Positions 1 to 11,671 of a stretch of DNA of 64,000 nucleotides are shown here, one piece after another. A program made the position numbers and the translations under genes. The notes beneath the pieces are model-generated. The model was not told the origin of the DNA. It made no database searches and worked only from the letters and a program-made list of their open reading frames with translations. The DNA is from Callorhinchus milii (lineage: Eukaryota): contig NW_024704742.1 of the NCBI RefSeq assembly GCF_018977255.1, positions 34,784,001 through 34,848,000 on the forward strand, in the 5' to 3' direction. Positions within the stretch are counted from its first letter, which is position 1, and each line of letters opens with the position of its first letter.

Positions 1-1735
1 AAAATCGAGGGGATCCATTCAGCTGTCACTGTCCTCCCAACTGCCACTCCCTCCACATCTCCCCACCACACTCCATCCCCTACCCATCCCGCCCTCCACA
101 TTTTCGAACCTGTCTCCCACTCCTCTCTCACCTTATCCAGCATGAAACACACCACCTGCTCCCTTGACCCCATCCCCACCCCTCCCCAGCTCCACCTCCT
201 CGCCCCTCTACTCTCCGACACCATCAATCTCTCCCTTTCATCTGGCACCGTTCCCATCCCCCTAAAAACAGCTGCAATCACCCCAATCCTGAAAAAACCT
301 TCCCTGGACCCATCCCTGCCTTCTAACTCACGGCCCATCTCCAACCTCCCTTTTGTTTCAAAGGTCCTTTAAAGAGTCATTGCTTCCCAGCTTTGCTCAT
401 TCCTCTCCTACGACTCCAGGCTTTAGTTCCTTCCAATCAGCTTTCTGTGCTGCTCACAGCATGGAAACTGCTCTGGTCAAGGGTACAAACAATATTTTTT
501 CCATCTGTGAGCAGGGCTCCCTCTGCCTCCCCGTCCTCTACACTACCTTCGATACCGTGGATCACTCCATCCTCCTCTCACCTCAACCTTCAAGTTTCTG
601 TCCTTGAATGGTTCAGGTTTAATCTCTCACACCGCCTCCAATTTGTCTCTACCAACGGTTCCTCTTCCAGCCCCCACACAGTCTTGTGTGGTGTTCCTCA
701 GTGCTCTGTCCTCGATCCCCTCCTCTTCAAACTGTACATGCTCCCCCTTAGTGACATCATTCGCAGACATGGGGTCAACTTCCACATGTATGCGGATGAC
801 ACCCAACTCTATCTTTCTGCCTCCACCATCGATTCCGGGACAGCTGACATCCTGACACTGTCTGTCTGACATGAAGTCCTGGATGAGAGCCAACGTTCTG
901 CAGCTGAATGTTTGCAGGACCGAGACCCTCCTGATTGACTCGCACCAGCGCCTCAGCACCTCAGGCACTGGCAGCATCAGCATCCACGGTTGCACACTCC
1001 ACCTCACCAAGCAAGTTAGGGTGTCTTGTTCGACCCTCAACTGTCTTTTCTCCCCCAAATCCGTGCCATGACAAACTCTGCCTTCCCCCACTTCTGCAAC
1101 ATTGCCCGACTCCGCCACTGCCTCACCCTTCTGGCTGCCGAAACCCTCACCCACGCATTCGTCAACTCAAGGCTCGACTATGGAAACTCCCTCCTTGTCG
1201 ACCTCCCCAACTCTTCCCTCCACAAGCTGCAGATCATCCGGAACTCTGCAGCTCATGTCCTCTCCCACACCAAGCTCCGTGACCCCATCACACCCATCCT
1301 TGACCGGCTCCACATCCCTCAGAGGATCAAATTCAAAATCCTCGTCCTCACTTTGAAGGCCCTCCACGGCCTTGCCCCCTCCTACATCTCTGACCTGCTG
1401 ACTCCCTATCAACCTGTCCACTCTCTCTGCTCAGCAGGCTCTGGCCTACTCCAGGTCTCCCATTCGACCTGCTCTACAATCGGCGGTCAGGATTTCAGCC
1501 TCTCTGGCCCCACTCTTTGGAACTCCATCCCACAATCCCTTTGCTTTGCCTCCTTCAAGGCACAACTCAAGACCCTCCTTTTTGACCATGCTTTCAGCTG
1601 CCCTCCTTACCCCCCTCTGCCCTCCCTCATCCCAATACTGTCCCCCACGCTCAGGTCCTGATCCCTGCCTGTTCAGCGCCTTGGGATTTCCTCCCGACGT
1701 GAAAGATGCTTTACAAATGTAATTTTGTTGTTGTT
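1..1735 (+). mobile_element. L2-clade LINE, decayed ORF2 (RT) plus 3' tail
   Basis: Frameshifted RT peptides ([39 protein letters not shown]); tail cccgacgtgaaa...(ttg)n. Confidence 0.92.
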
Positions 1736-2099
1736 TCTTTTCCTTGGGTCTTGCAGCTTCAGGATTCAATCCATTATACATTGTCTAGAAAGACTTCACG
1801 TATTCATTTCCTTGGACTTCTGATTTGATTCTGTTTTATTTTTATGTCTTCTGAGGAGCAACTAAAACAAAAAGGAAAAGCTAACAAGAGAGAATCAATG
1901 ATCAGAGAGCCTCATTGTCAATCTCACAAAGAACCACAAGAAGCCAAGACAGATCAACCTTCATCTACCAGCCAAAGGCAGAACAATGTGTAAAGAACCA
2001 TAGGAATAAACCTGTGAAACAGAAAACATACAAGAACTCCTCCCCAGCCTGACTATTTAAAAATTGACACAATTGCTGAAAATCCAAAACAGTGGGTTG

Positions 2100-2486
2100 A
2101 AGCATCCTGAAAAAGTTTTTAATAGATTTTTGTAAAGTAGACATAGGGAAGATGTTTCCACTTGTGTGGGAGACCAAAACCAGGGGCCATCAAAATAAAA
2201 TAGTCACAAATTGATCAAATAGAGAAGTTAGAAGAAATTTTGTCACGCAGAGAGTAGTGGGAATGTGGAACATGCTACCACAAGAAGTTGTTGAGGCAAA
2301 TAGCATAGATGTATTTAAGGAAAAGCTAGATAGGTACATGAGGGAGAAAGGAATAGAAAGTTAGGCTTGAAGGCTTAGTTGAGGAAGGGCAGGAGGAGGC
2401 TCATGTGGAGCATAAACACTGGCATAGACCAGTTGGGTCGAATGGCCTGTTTCTGTGTTGCATATTCTAATGTATTCTAATGTATA
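2100..2486 (+). mobile_element. CR1-type LINE 3' fragment
   Basis: gagagtagtgggaatgtggaac...gggtcgaatggcctgtttctgtg...(attctaatgt)2 CR1-like tail. Confidence 0.7.
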
Positions 2487-2747
2487 CTAAGTCAATCTTC
2501 CAAATCTGAAGACACAAATAACTTAAAGCATAGATCATGCAAATGATCAGAACAGTTCAAACTTTGTGGAACTATCTTTTAACGGGAGTACCGCTGTGCA
2601 AATATTCTTTATCGAGAACAAAAATATCATTCATGAAAATATATGAACGTTATTTGAATTTCAAATGTCATGGCTATGAACGGCTAAACAGTTGTTTCAA
2701 GTCTGATAAAGGTGATCTCCTCAAGGTTTGAGCTGTTCTCATTCATC

Positions 2748-2944
2748 AATAATAATCCCTCCAAAACCAAAAACAATAATAAATTGGTCATTTTCAATCT
2801 ACGACTGTTTGTGGGACATTGCTGCCGCGTTTGCCCACAAATATACAATCAATTCACTTTACAGTATATTCTGTGAAGCGCTTTGAGACGTCCTCCCGAC
2901 GTGAAAAGCGCAATATCAAATGCAAGGATTATTATTATTATTAT
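2748..2944 (+). mobile_element. 5'-truncated tRNA/Deu-type SINE
   Basis: Near-identical to the 3' part of the SINEs at 8891 and 9558; (tta)n tail. Confidence 0.85.
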
Positions 2945-3034
2945 TTCCATTCAAGACATTGGCTCATGATAACTTGTTCTTACAGCTGATAACATACTAC
3001 TGCAGTAGAGAAATCAAACCTACAGTCAACTCAC

Positions 3035-3221
3035 CTGAGCGACACCATGTTTCCGAGCTCTGCTGGCAAACTGCGGAGTTTATTAGATGACAAATCCAAG
3101 TAAACCAGATTATGGAGCTTCGATATATCAGCTGGAATGCGTGTAAGGTTATTATCATTAAGGTGCAGTGCCGTCAAGTGTGTTAACTCCCACAATGATG
3201 TACTCAAGCTCCTTACTTTAC
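3035..3221 (-). CDS. CNOT6L: CNOT6L (CCR4 deadenylase) coding exon, LRR region; gene continues left of window
   Basis: ccatacag|...CTCAG|gtgagt, 187 nt; (G)KVRSLSTSLWELTHLTALHLNDNNLTRIPADISKLHNLVYLDLSSNKLRSLPAELGNMVSL(R) matches the CNOT6/CNOT6L LRR; assigned to CNOT6L by head-to-head position with MRPL1. Confidence 0.95.
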
Positions 3222-3694
3222 CTGTATGGAAAGGAAAGAATTAATAATCCTTTCCCCCAAAATTATGAAGCGGCAGTAACCTTATCAAGACAAGAAAGAA
3301 ATATGTGCATTTACTGGCTAAAACCACCACCAACAACAACTTGCATTTATATAGCACCCTTCACTCATGTGGTCTATAAACGTAGATCCTGAGTGAAAAC
3401 AAAGCGCAATAAAACGTCTGCTTTCTGGGGCTTCTGGTTGTTGCTGATGTCACTCCCTGCGCATGAGCAAAGTGACATCAGCGGTGCTTCCTGCGCATAG
3501 TGTGCAATGAATAGGAAGTGACATCATGGGAAAACTGACAACCCAGAAGGCACCTTTTCTTTGCATGGGTGTACTGTGGACTTGCTCTATGTGAGAAGAA
3601 TTGGTAAATCTGGCTTCTGGTATAGTGTGGATCCATAGTACTGATGCTAAACTATTCAAAGAAGGAAATAAAACAGGGTTTGGGAGACACTCAC

Positions 3695-3806
3695 CGGAGA
3701 TTTCTAATCCCACCCAATTTGATTTCTTCACATTCCCTGCGTCTTCAGATGACATGATTGTATATATTATCCGTGGATCTGGTGGATCATATTTTTCCTT
3801 TGGCAT
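3695..3806 (-). CDS. CNOT6L: CNOT6L first coding exon (whole exon 3695-3816)
   Basis: Acceptor ttttcccctag|GCTGATTGGG-ATG; MPKEKYDPPDPRIIYTIMSSEDAGNVKKSNWVGLEIS; donor G|gtgagt; phase fits the next exon. Confidence 0.95.
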
Positions 3807-6489
3807 CCCAATCAGCCTAGGGGAAAAAATATACCATCTTCATTAGTTATCAGTTTCCTCAATACAGTACCTCAACAGACTGCATTTGGGCTCTTCATAT
3901 CCAATGAGGATCATAGAGTATCACAGAAGTGGTGCAATGCAAATAAAAAGTGCAATAAAGACACCATAGTAACAAATTATACTATTTATCCACATCAAAA
4001 AGCATAAAATTCTAACTGATAAGATTATTTTGTTTCAAAATGTAAGATTACCATGAAATTGTGGAAAATTCTTAAATTTAATCTTAATTTAGAAACTGTT
4101 TTTCCAGTTCTTAAAAAGAACTTGCTTCCAAATTCTAAATTTAAGAATTTTCCACAATTCTGCACAATTTTAATTAAGACAAAATGGTCTTACAACGTTA
4201 AACAAGGCGAACTTTCCTGTCTAAAACTAATTACAGTACTGTCAACTTCTGCGACTATGTTTGAGATGTAAGCAAATGTCCTGCAAAACAGTGATGAGCT
4301 TTTATCTGGAGGATTGTTGGCCAGGATTCTTAGTGAGCACACAAGGAGAAACTTAATTCTGTTTTCAAACAGTGTTGTTGCATTTAAATGCACGTCTAAA
4401 GTGCAGACAGCACTAGTTTAGTGTCTCATCTGAAGGATGCTACCTCCAACAATACAACACCTTTCTCCCTCTCCACCCCTGAGATAGAGCATCAGGCTAG
4501 AGATTTTACTGATTATAATCCAATGGTCCATGCTATCAGGGGTGGGAAACTGACCTACTCTTTCAATCCAGCTCTGAATCACACCCACTGGAACTACAAA
4601 AGTAATTAAAAAAAGACACACTATGAATACTGTTTTCTCAAAACAGAATGAGGGACCCAAGAGGTCTGACTGTTTTACCAACCTGACTGGAGTATTATGA
4701 GCTTTTTCAAAATATATTGCTCGATTTTAAATAAGAAAAAAAAATCATCCCCACATAAAAACTGTTTTTGAAAAATATGGAGAAAATGAGAGAGACGTTA
4801 CATTGCAAAACCAAATGGAAAATCTATGAATTCCGCTCTCAAAAATGTCAAAAATGTTTTGGAATGCTAAAGATGCTAAAAATCGAGTGTTCTGCCAAAA
4901 GAAACTAGGTGCAGTAGTAAAAAAATACAAGGATAAACTAAGGCTGTACAAACAGTTTATAGGGAAAAATAAGGACACAAAACTATCTATATTTGGTTTC
5001 AAGGTGGCATTTGTGCATCCTCATCTGAACCACAAACAAAAGCAATTATGAAGGTGCCAAGGAAATACAACAAAGACTAAACTAAATTTGCAATGATTTT
5101 AACAAATATTTTTCTTTCTGCTATTGCACAAAGATTAATTTGCTTACTTTCAACCGTTCCCTGGTTAATGCACAACCGTAAATCAAACTCTGGGATGCTA
5201 CCCTGCGTGATTTGGGGTGTTTACCATAACACAATTTACAAATACACATACCAATCCAAACAGGCCCTTAGATCCTTTACAAATTCAGGCAAAAGCAGGA
5301 TGTGTAAATTTCAAATTTGCAGGATTATAGGCTTGTTTTTCAATCCTATTTACAGTGTGATAAATAGACATAAACTGTAGAAATGTAATTACAGTACCAG
5401 GGCAAGGATCTCATCTATCTCTTCCTCTCCACCCCAGTCAGGCAGCGCACAGCCATATGTAGAACAAAGCTCTCCCCCACCCTCCTGCAATAATATCCTC
5501 TTAAACCAGACTACAAGAGTAATCTGGAACGTCAAACAAATCTTTTATCAAAAATTCCTACACTGTAGATATACGTGTTTAGAAATGTTACGGTCAGACA
5601 TGGTTCACAAAAGGCACGTAAATAATTGTACTTAACTTAAGGTCACTGAACAAAGCTCAGTGATTAGTACATTTACCGACGACATGAGAATGAAGTGTGT
5701 GTGTCTGTGAGCCTAATTTACAGACAAGCAAACATGGTACCTTTGCAAATGTCCAGGGAATGTCTAGAGGCCAGCATGCTCTAAACTACTTCACTTACTC
5801 GAACAGAGGCAGGAAGAAGGAGTGCTTGAATCGCCTTGCCTACCTACCAGCAGCTGAGCTTTTATTGGCTGTTTCCAGCAGTGCGCTGAGGCGCTGCTGT
5901 CAAAAGCACAGTTGAAAACAATCTTCTTGGCAGTGCTTGCCGTTGGCAGCAATCTCTCAATATAAATACAACAGACCGAGCTTTAATGTTTTAAACGCTC
6001 TGGGACTCTACCCTGCACGAGGGGCCCTATATAAATGCAAGTAGTTGTTGTTAATCTCCTATTTTGTTTATCCAACACCTGAGGCATCTTAAAATAAGTG
6101 GACTGTAGAAGTAATGTCACAAATTGTGGTTTCTATTGCTGCTATGCAAATCAGCCAAACGAATATGCCTGTCAAACAAAACCCTTCTCACTATGATTAG
6201 CAAGTCAAAACACACCAAAATAACCCACTCTGGTTAAGTGGAAAATAGCAAATACAACATTATCCTTCTCTTCCAGAACAGTATTTTGTTTTGCTGTAAT
6301 CCAATTGCAATTCATTTCTAATCTTCCAATTAGAATTGGTACATCTGAGTTTTGCAGTTAATCCTCAAAGTATGGCTAATTGATGATTGATAGAACTGAC
6401 CTACGAGTTTTGCCCTTCAGTCACACACTCTTTCTCTGTTTGAGAAATACAATGTACATAACACTATTATTAGTATTCAGAACTTTAAA

Positions 6490-7130
6490 GCTGGACAGAG
6501 TTTCGGACCAGAGCCGGGGGTCGGGGTGGGGGAGGGCAGTGGGGGGGAAGCAGGGAGATCGAAATCACGGTCGAAGAGGAGGGTCTTGAGGTGGATCTTG
6601 AAGGTGGAGAGGGAGGGGGCGAGACGGAGGGACTGTGGGATGGAGTTCCAGAGAGTGGGGGCAGAGTGGCTGAAGGCCCGTCCGCCGATAGTGGGCCGAG
6701 CGAGGCGTGAGACGTGAAGCAGGCCGGAGCCCGCTGAGCAGAGGGAGCGAACAGGGTGGTAGGGGGTTAGGAGGTCAGAGAGGTAGGGGGAGCAAGACTG
6801 TGGAGGGCTTTGAAGGTGAGGACCAAAAACTGTATTCTCTGTGTGATGGGAAGTCAGTGGAGTTGGGCGAGGATGGGGGTGATAGGGTCACGGAGCCCGG
6901 TGCGGGAGAGGACACGGGCTGTAGAGTTCTGGGTGATCTGCAGCCTATGGAGGGAGGAGTTGGGGAGGCCGACAAGCTGTGAGTTTGCATAGTCGAGCCT
7001 CGATGTAATGAAGGTTTCGATGTATGAGGGTTTCGGTGGTCTGCGGTGTGAGATAGTGTCGGAGCCGGGCGACGTTGTGGAGGTGGGAGAAGGCAGAGTG
7101 GGTCATGACACGTATGTGGGGTAGAAAGGA
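6490..7130 (-). mobile_element. L2 LINE 3' fragment
   Basis: Reverse complement matches the 3' part of the L2 at 1-1735. Confidence 0.85.
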
Positions 7131-8890
7131 TAGTTTAAATGACTTAAGCTTGAGTTTTTTATGCACAATATTAGTATCAATGCACTAATTCAGTCTAGTA
7201 TTAACATTGAAGCAACAATGGATTATTTTACATTTCTATGCAATGGTATAATAATCCTTGATTTGATATATGACACTCTCAAAGCTCTTCACACAACATA
7301 TTGTGAAGCGTAAGACTGTGTATTCTGTGTACAAAACTAAATATGATTTGGCAACATAACAGAACTGGTCCCACCATATTTCTCTGCTGAATATTCATAC
7401 CAGAATCCTAACTCCTTTATGTAATCCAAAGCAACAATTGACCATCACAATATTTTTAGAACTGTCTCAGATTCCTTCTACAGATATACTTATAATAACT
7501 TGCATTGACAAATTGAGGAGAGACCTAAAATCCACCAGGGAAATTATAATTCATACTTTATTTTGAAAGTCAGAAACACCGATAAATCCCAAATGGCACT
7601 GGCACCAGATAATTACAGCATGAAAATCTAATCACAAGTCAAATAAACCCAGTAAAGCAGCTGCTGTTTTGTTTTCATTCCCTTCCCATAGACACTAGTC
7701 ACCAGTGCTAATATAGTTTGAGAAGCCACACTTCCACTCGTTGCCAAACATTCTCATTCCACCACTAGAGCATTACATCAACAGCGGTCGATTCAAAATA
7801 TGTCCAAGTAAGATTTATTTTCATTTGTGTGGGAGACAATGAAAATTAACATCATCATTATAATAAAACCAGTTCACTCACTTTTTGAAACTTCTGTCAC
7901 CAAAAACAATATTGCAAACAGTTGTTTAAATCAACTTGCACAGATGCAGTAAGATTCTCTGAAGTGTCTCTGTGAAGTTATCTATTTTACATAAGACAAA
8001 TATGCTTTCTTCTTCTTTTTATCAGACAAGTAGAGCTCAAACTGCCATGCTACCAGTTCAACAACATGGCCATCAATGCTTCAGACTTAGAGCCAAGTTA
8101 GTTATCAGGCCAAAGCCAAATATAGAAAGCCACCAAAGCAACATTGCATTACATTGCTACGTAATCACCTAAGGGCAAAGTTTACTTTCAGTCTACCTAC
8201 CCAGACCTTTGACTTGTACCTCCTCCCTCCTAAAAACATATTTCTGCCTGATGCTAAAGCAATGAATAGACATCCCTTTAGAGATTTAGCTGAATCCAGA
8301 TGATTAACATTTCTAGTTTTCATACCCAATCATTATAAATATGTGTGAAAACATTCTTCACACAATTTGCATTTATATGGCGGTGGCACCTCAGAGCGCT
8401 CAAAAGATGATAAAAATATGAATTCATGGTCACAGTAGACCGGAGATGCAGAATTGATGGGTATGTTTGGAAGGTAGAAAGACATTTGCAGAGTTGGGAG
8501 TTAAGAGATATGGAGAAAGGTAGGCGTTTTAGATGAAAACATTTGCAGACATCTAATCAATAGCAGGACAGGCTCAAAGGCACTGAATGGCCTTCTTTTG
8601 TTCCTACATTTCTCCAAAGCATAGGTTTATTCATTCATCAACTTAATTTCTCAAAAGTGATCAAGGCATTTGGAGAGTCAATTACATTGAAATTAACCTC
8701 AAATGGCTGCAAGTTTTCTATTTCACAAGGTTGCAGTTCAATATTTCCAAGAACCGGTAATACCCTCTCTTGTGCACGTGTGACTTTTCCCATTTAGAAA
8801 CACGATCACTCACACCAATGATTAACATGGAAAATTGGATATTCTTCATGGTCATTCACTGCTCCTAGTAAAACCAGTGGTAGTTCAGGA

Positions 8891-9214
8891 TAATAATAAT
8901 AATAATAATCCTTGCATTTGATATAGTGCTTTTCACGTCAGGAGGACGTCCCAAAGCGCTTCACAGAACACACTGTAAAGTGAATTGACTGTATATTTGT
9001 GGGCGAACGCGGCAGCCAATTGCGCACAGCAATGTCCCACAAACAGTCGTAGATAGAAAATGACCAATTTATTATTGTTTTTGGTTTTGGAGGGATTATT
9101 ATTAGGCTCTGTGTGGAGTAAGGAAACTTGCCCAAGGTTTCGCCCTCTGCCTGGAATTGAACTCAGGTCTCTCGCTTGCAAAGCGAGTGCTCTAACCACT
9201 GAGCTACAGGACTC
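8891..9214 (-). mobile_element. Full-length tRNA(Ala-like)-headed Deu-type SINE
   Basis: A box tagctcagtggt, B box gttcaattcc, core tgctgtgcgcaattggctgcc, L2-like tail, (tta)n. Confidence 0.92.
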
Positions 9215-9557
9215 CACAGGATAAAGCAAATACAAATACAGATTCCTGGAGGCAATACGTATTTGTCCCAGACTGTACCCATCAAAAGCTCCAGCTTATT
9301 TGCAGCACAACTCCTGTCTCACATACCCGTTGCTTCCATCCTTCCAAGACTGCACTGGCCTACAGTAGATCATATTCAAGGTGGTTTCCTAAATCTCAAA
9401 TCTCTCCTGATCCTTGCTCCAGTTTATCTGCACAATCTTCTCCAGCAATACATCCCAGGCCACACTAACTTCTCTTCTAAACCCAATTTTACTATTCCGT
9501 CCCTATTCCTTCTGTTTTAGGCAATTAGCAAATCAAACTTATTTGACTTTATTTTCA

Positions 9558-9876
9558 GAGTCCTGTAGCTCAGTAGTTAGAGCACTCACTTTGCAAGCGA
9601 TAGACCTAAGTTCAATTCCAGGCAGAGGGCGAAACCTTGGGCAAGTTTCCTTACTCCACACAGAGCCTAATAATAATCCCTCCAAAACCAAAAACAATAA
9701 TAAATTGGTCATTTTCAATCCACGACTGTTTGTGGGACATTGCTGTGCGCAATTGGCTGCCGCGTTCGCCCACAAATATACAGTCAATTCACTTTACAGT
9801 GTGTTCTGTGAAGCGCTTTGGGACGTCCTCCCGACGTGAAAAGCGCTATATCAAATGCAAGGATTATTATTATTAT
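9558..9876 (+). mobile_element. Full-length SINE, inverted partner of 8891-9214
   Basis: Same structure; about 8 substitutions by eye relative to the minus-strand copy. Confidence 0.92.
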
Positions 9877-10189
9877 TTTACTTTATTTGACTTAAAAGTT
9901 TTTTTAAAAAACATAGATACTGACAAAAACTCCCACAAATACAGTAGTCTCCCTCCCTGTCTCTCTAAAATACACATGCGGTACACACTCTCTCTTTCTC
10001 TCTCAGACACGCACAGTCCCCCACTCTCCGTCTATCACTCACTCAATCTGCCAGGAACTTGCCCTCAATCTCACACATTTACTCTCAGTCTCTCTCTTGT
10101 ACAGGTGCAGTCTCTCCTTTTTCACTCTCTTTCTCACACTCTCCCTCTCATCTCTCTAACTCACCCTCTTTCACTCTGTCTCTCTGTTT

Positions 10190-10390
10190 TCAGGCAGGAC
10201 TTGAAAGAGGGGAGAGAGGGGGCAAGGCAGAGGGATTGAGGGAGAGTGTTCCAGAGTTTTAGGGCGGAGTGACTGAAAGCGCGACCTCCGATGGTGGGGC
10301 GGAGGGTGTGAGGGACGAGCAGGAGGTCGGTGCAGGGCGAGTGGAGGCGCCGGGTGGCGGATTGGGGAGTGAGGGGGTCGGAGAGGTAGG
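10190..10390 (-). mobile_element. L2 LINE fragment
   Basis: TIGGRAFSHSALKLWNTLPQSL...FKSCLKT, ORF2 C-terminus. Confidence 0.8.
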
Positions 10391-10399
10391 GACGTGCTT

Positions 10400-11435
10400 T
10401 TTTCTCCCACACTCTTACCCACACTTTCTCTCACTCTCACACTCTTTCACCCTCTCACACCCTCACCCTCTCTCACTCTCACCCTCACACCCTCAGCTTC
10501 ACTCTCCTACCTTCGCTCTCTCACACTCACTCTCCTACCTTCACTCTCTCACACTCACTCTCTTACCTTCACTCTCTCACCCTCACACTCTCTCTCCCTC
10601 ACTCTCCCTCCCTCACTCTCTCACCCTCACTTTCTCACCCCCACTCTCTCTATCTCACACCCTCACTCTCTCACCCTCACTCTCTCCCTCACTCTCTAAC
10701 CCTCACTCTCCCTCCCTCACTCTCTCTCCCTCACTCTCTCTCTCCCTCACTCTCCCTCCCTCACTCTCACTCTCCCTCACACTCTCACCTTCACTCTCTC
10801 TCCCTCACTCTGTCACCCTCACTCTCTCTCTCTCCCTCACTCTCTCCCCCACTCTCTCACCCTCACACTCTGTCACCCTCACTCTGTCACCCTCACTCTC
10901 TCTCCCTCACTCTCTCACCCTCTCTCCCTCCTCACTCTCTCTCCCTCCCTCTCCCTCACTCTCTCTCCCTCACTCTCTCACCCTCACTCTCTCTCCCTCC
11001 CTCTCTCACCTTCACTCTCTCACCCTCACTCTCCCTCCCTCCCTCTCCCTCACTCTCTCACCCTCACTCTCCCTCCCTCCCTCTCCCTCCCTCTCCCTCC
11101 CTCTCTCTCTCCCCTCACTCTCCCTCACTCTCTCTCCCTCACTCTCTCACCCTCCCTCACCTTCACTCTCTCACCCTCACTCTCCCTCCCTCCCTCTCCC
11201 TCACTCTCTCACCCTCACTCTCCCTCCCTCCCTCTCCCTCCCTCCCTCTCCCTCCCTCTCCCTCACTCTCTCTCCCTCACTCTCTCTCCCTCTCCCTCAC
11301 TCTCTCACCCTCACTCTCTCTCCCTCTCCCTCTCCCTCACTCTCTCCCCCCCCCCCCTCACTCTCTCCCTCACTCTCTCCCCCCCCCCCCTCCCTCACTC
11401 TCTCCCCCCCCCCCCCCGCCTCCCTCTCCCCCTCT
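10400..11435. repeat. Polypyrimidine CT-rich tandem array (ccctcactctct-type units)
   Basis: About 1 kb almost devoid of G on the + strand. Confidence 0.95.
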
Positions 11436-11670
11436 CGCTGTGCCGGGGTCGGGGCCGGGGGTGGAGGAGGCCCATCAGGGCCGGAGCTGTGGTGGCTGAG
11501 CGGCGGTTAGGGCCGGAGCTGTGGTGGCTGAGCGGTGGGCGGTGTCCAGGCGGCGGCTGTTGCCCTCCCGTGTGCGGAGCTCAGCGGCCGCTGTCTTACC
11601 TTCACCCGCGGGCTGTCACCTCACAGCACCGCGGCCCCGAGCACAGGCCCCGAGCACAGCGGCACCTCCT
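11436..11670. promoter_or_regulatory. Small CpG-rich island at the putative CNOT6L 5' end
   Basis: Dense CG dinucleotides (ccggggtcggggccgg, gcggcgg, ccgcgg) in CpG-poor surroundings. Confidence 0.6.
11600..11670 (-). other. CNOT6L: Candidate non-coding exon 1 of CNOT6L
   Basis: CpG-rich unique patch between two arrays, ending in a strong donor GAAG|gtaaga; 5' end not definable. Confidence 0.55.
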
Positions 11671-11671
11671 C

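Noticed and set aside
3035..3806. Assignment to CNOT6 rather than CNOT6L
   Set aside because: YDPPDPR, LHLNDN, NKLRSL and the upstream LIG codons, plus adjacency to MRPL1, favour CNOT6L
9140..9630. tRNA-Ala-like sequences (also at 24861, 30939, 33755, about 41350)
   Set aside because: They are SINE heads that run directly into the SINE body and tail; not counted as tRNA genes
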